IMG/VR virus record: IMGVR_UViG_2663763232_000003
Location: 1-20,699 of that record
Strand: one strand, 5' to 3'
Length of the DNA: 20,699 nt
Source of the DNA: a virus
Lineage: Duplodnaviria; Heunggongvirae; Uroviricota; Caudoviricetes
The notes beneath the pieces are model-generated. The model searched no databases, was not told the origin of the DNA, and saw only the letters and a list, made by a program, of their open reading frames with translations. Below are positions 18,424-20,699 of this stretch, one piece after another (position 1 is the stretch's first letter; every line of letters begins with the position of its first letter). The position numbers and the translations under genes were made by a program.

Positions 18424-19902
18424 TCAACCTACACCACAAGGAATTGAGTAACTGGAATAGTCGGGTTGCGCAGCCGACTCCGGGCAATGCATACACATCA
18501 TCAGCGCATCAGCCAGGTTAGGAGATGGAATACCGAGCTTCTGCTTCATTTCGACTTTGGTCATCAGCTCAAGCTTTCCGTTGCCGTTGAATTTGCGTTG
18601 GATCTGCGTTAGCTCTGCGAATAACTTGTTGAGGATATTCTCTCCAATAGCCTCTTTGTCAAAGCTAAGCATTTCATCAGGGTCGGCGTATTCACCATGC
18701 TCTACCGCCCGGTATGTTCGATAAAGCCTGTCAGCCAGCGTGTAATAGAACTGCGCTCGCTTGTTTCGGAATACATCTCCAATAGTGCGGACGTTATCAC
18801 CCTGCACAACTTCATCAGTCCATGCCCCAGCCTGATATGGAGCATCTTCGTCGAATGGCGATTCACTACCTTTAAACATTGTTACGGTGACTTTCTTTCC
18901 ACTGAAATAGTCTGTTATCTGTCGACGAAGCCCTGCTCCAAGTCCATCTCCATCAAACAGGAAATGATCAACATCATCGATTACCGCCAATGAAGATGCC
19001 CAATCAGCACCCTCGTTTATATCCATGAGCAGCCCTTCACATACGCGCTTAACAACTGATCCATGTCGCACTGCATATCCTTTGGCATCTGGGCCGGTGT
19101 CTGACGGGTCATGCGCTGCAATCACTGCACCTTTAGCTTTCCATCCGAGCTTAATGTGGGCGTCTGTTGCAGCCTCTAACCATGCAAACTTGATAATAGC
19201 CATTTCTGATGCCCCCACCGGTTCACCAAGATACACATGCCGATAAAGCTCGTGATTAGCCTTCTTCATAATCTCCATATCCCTGCGGAGAGTTTCCGGG
19301 AACCATGGATTAGCTGTGTAGTTGATCTGCTTGACGATGCAGTAGCGATTACCGTTTTCGTCATAGTCGGGGTATATGCGATTCGTAACAAAGCGCTGAT
19401 GTGTATCGCTGAGTCTGTTCTTCGGGTTGTATGCAACCCATATTTCCGACTCAACCACTCGACCATACTCAGCGCTGTAGAACTCTTTACGTACCGTTGG
19501 GATAAGCGTTTCCCATGAGTCCTTTGATACGTTTTCTGCTTCCTCTACAAGGGCGGCATCGAAGTTTGCGTAACCTTTGATATTTTCCACGTTAAGGCGC
19601 AGGAAGTCGAAACTGATACGTCCGCCGCTATTGGCAAATATCTCTGTCTTATTGATAGTCACCAGTGAGTGGAGGTTTCGGCGGTTAATCTCTTCAACAA
19701 TTTCCGCATAGCATGATTCCTTGATGGACTTCATGTACTCACGAAAACAGATAAGCTTCCATCCGTGATAGATGACGTTATTGAGGAGGATTGTTATGAA
19801 CGTTCGCGTCTTGGCGGAACCTCGCCCGCCATAAGCTACCTTGAATCTGGCTGGCTGCAGGTATTCCTCAAACGCTTCAGGAATGCTGCATTGCTCTGTC
19901 AT
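18424..19902 (-). CDS. Terminase large subunit (Sf6 gp2-like)
   Basis: 492-aa ORF with Walker A motif (VAYGGRGSAKT) and a C-terminal nuclease region; extensive similarity to Sf6 TerL as I recall it (...GWKAKGAV..AHDPSDTGPDAKGYA.RHGSVVKR...). 4-nt overlap with the TerS gene. Confidence 0.9.
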   Translation of the reverse strand: MTEQCSIPEAFEEYLQPARFKVAYGGRGSAKTRTFITILLNNVIYHGWKLICFREYMKSIKESCYAEIVEEINRRNLHSLVTINKTEIFANSGGRISFDFLRLNVENIKGYANFDAALVEEAENVSKDSWETLIPTVRKEFYSAEYGRVVESEIWVAYNPKNRLSDTHQRFVTNRIYPDYDENGNRYCIVKQINYTANPWFPETLRRDMEIMKKANHELYRHVYLGEPVGASEMAIIKFAWLEAATDAHIKLGWKAKGAVIAAHDPSDTGPDAKGYAVRHGSVVKRVCEGLLMDINEGADWASSLAVIDDVDHFLFDGDGLGAGLRRQITDYFSGKKVTVTMFKGSESPFDEDAPYQAGAWTDEVVQGDNVRTIGDVFRNKRAQFYYTLADRLYRTYRAVEHGEYADPDEMLSFDKEAIGENILNKLFAELTQIQRKFNGNGKLELMTKVEMKQKLGIPSPNLADALMMCMHCPESAAQPDYSSYSIPCGVG

Positions 19903-20342
19903 TGCGTCTCGCTTTTTACAATGTTATACACTGGAGCTTTTGGAGTCATGGAGCCGTCATCAGATGTATGGTTGACGTCCTGCTTCTCTCGCCATTTATC
20001 TTTCTGTCTGTTCTTGAGCCAGAAGATGGCGGCAGTTGTATCAGGCGGGTAATACTTCTTAAGCGGAGTTTCGACAATTCTGTTTTCAATAACACGAATA
20101 TCGATGTCTGGAGCCACGAAGCCCATAGCGCGTTGATAAAGACGATCACTAACTTCTGCATCAGCGACGGCCTTACCCTTTTTTATGGACTCTAAAAACT
20201 CCGGATATTCCAATTTCCAATTGTTGATTGTTGCCTCGCTAACTTCAAAGAAGTCAGCGAGTTCGGCGTCTGTATAGCCCAGCAAGCACAGTTTGCGTGC
20301 CTGTTCGGCATACGCCTCTTGATACTTTGTTGGGCGCGCCAT
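19899..20342 (-). CDS. Terminase small subunit
   Basis: 147-aa ORF immediately upstream of and overlapping TerL, with an N-terminal helix-turn-helix-like segment (ELADFFEVSEATINNWKLEYPEF) typical of small terminase subunits. GGAG ribosome-binding site. Confidence 0.75.
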   Translation of the reverse strand: MARPTKYQEAYAEQARKLCLLGYTDAELADFFEVSEATINNWKLEYPEFLESIKKGKAVADAEVSDRLYQRAMGFVAPDIDIRVIENRIVETPLKKYYPPDTTAAIFWLKNRQKDKWREKQDVNHTSDDGSMTPKAPVYNIVKSETQ

Positions 20343-20344
20343 GT

Positions 20345-20587
20345 TTATGCTCCGGTAGTGAACAGGTCTAACGCTTCCTTCGATTTACGCACCGCTTCGA
20401 ATGTGCGGATCGTGATATCTGAATTAGCGCCACCTGACTGGAAGTGAATTTTGAATAGTTCAAGCTTCAGCTCGTCAGTGCCAATGAATTGAAAAGCTTC
20501 CTCTGCGGCTGCGTTCTGGTTCATGACCAGCTTGTAAATCTCTAACTGGAATTTCTGTTCTTCAGTCATGGGAATAATCTCTGCCAT
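20345..20587 (-). CDS. Small acidic hypothetical protein upstream of TerS
   Basis: 80-aa ORF ending 2 nt before the TerS start codon (translational coupling); GGAG ribosome-binding site 7 nt before its ATG. Function unknown. Confidence 0.6.
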   Translation of the reverse strand: MAEIIPMTEEQKFQLEIYKLVMNQNAAAEEAFQFIGTDELKLELFKIHFQSGGANSDITIRTFEAVRKSKEALDLFTTGA

Positions 20588-20699
20588 TGTTGGCTCCGTT
20601 TATCCGTTAAAAGGGATATCAGTTAAGTTATCCCGTGTAGTGAACCGCCCCGGAAATCCTGGAGACTAAACTCCCTGAGAAAGAGGTAAACAGGATGAC

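Larger units (their letters stand above)
2375..20699. mobile_element. P22/Sf6-like podovirus prophage, left (int-proximal) part; continues beyond the right end of the window
   Basis: Integrase directly 3' of the tRNA gene, followed by a complete and syntenic P22-family late module on the minus strand. The left boundary is approximate: the att core is expected to overlap the 3' end of argW, and attR is not in the window. Confidence 0.85.

Overview
The window crosses a chromosome-prophage junction of the Escherichia/Shigella type. The left ~2.4 kb is core chromosome: mlaA/vacJ (minus strand), the FNT-family membrane protein gene yfdC, and tRNA-Arg(CCU) argW. A P4/Sf6-type tyrosine integrase gene lies directly 3' of argW, and everything to its right (about 3.9-20.7 kb) is one continuous minus-strand late operon of a P22/Sf6-like podovirus that runs off the right edge of the window. 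Gene order on the minus strand is: small ORF, TerS, TerL, portal, scaffold, coat, small ORF, gp4, gp10, gp26 tail needle, gp14, gp7, gp20, gp16, tailspike. All of these look intact. The most unusual element is the tailspike: a conserved P22-type N-terminal head-binding domain is joined to a receptor module carrying SGNH/SASA acetylesterase motifs, in a gene that is markedly AT-rich. It has an in-frame upstream extension with a Tat-like twin-arginine motif, and the usual O-antigen modification cassette between int and tailspike is missing. The gp16-like ejection protein also stands out, with an N-terminal lytic transglycosylase domain. All calls rest on reading the ORF translations and sequence by eye; no database search was run.
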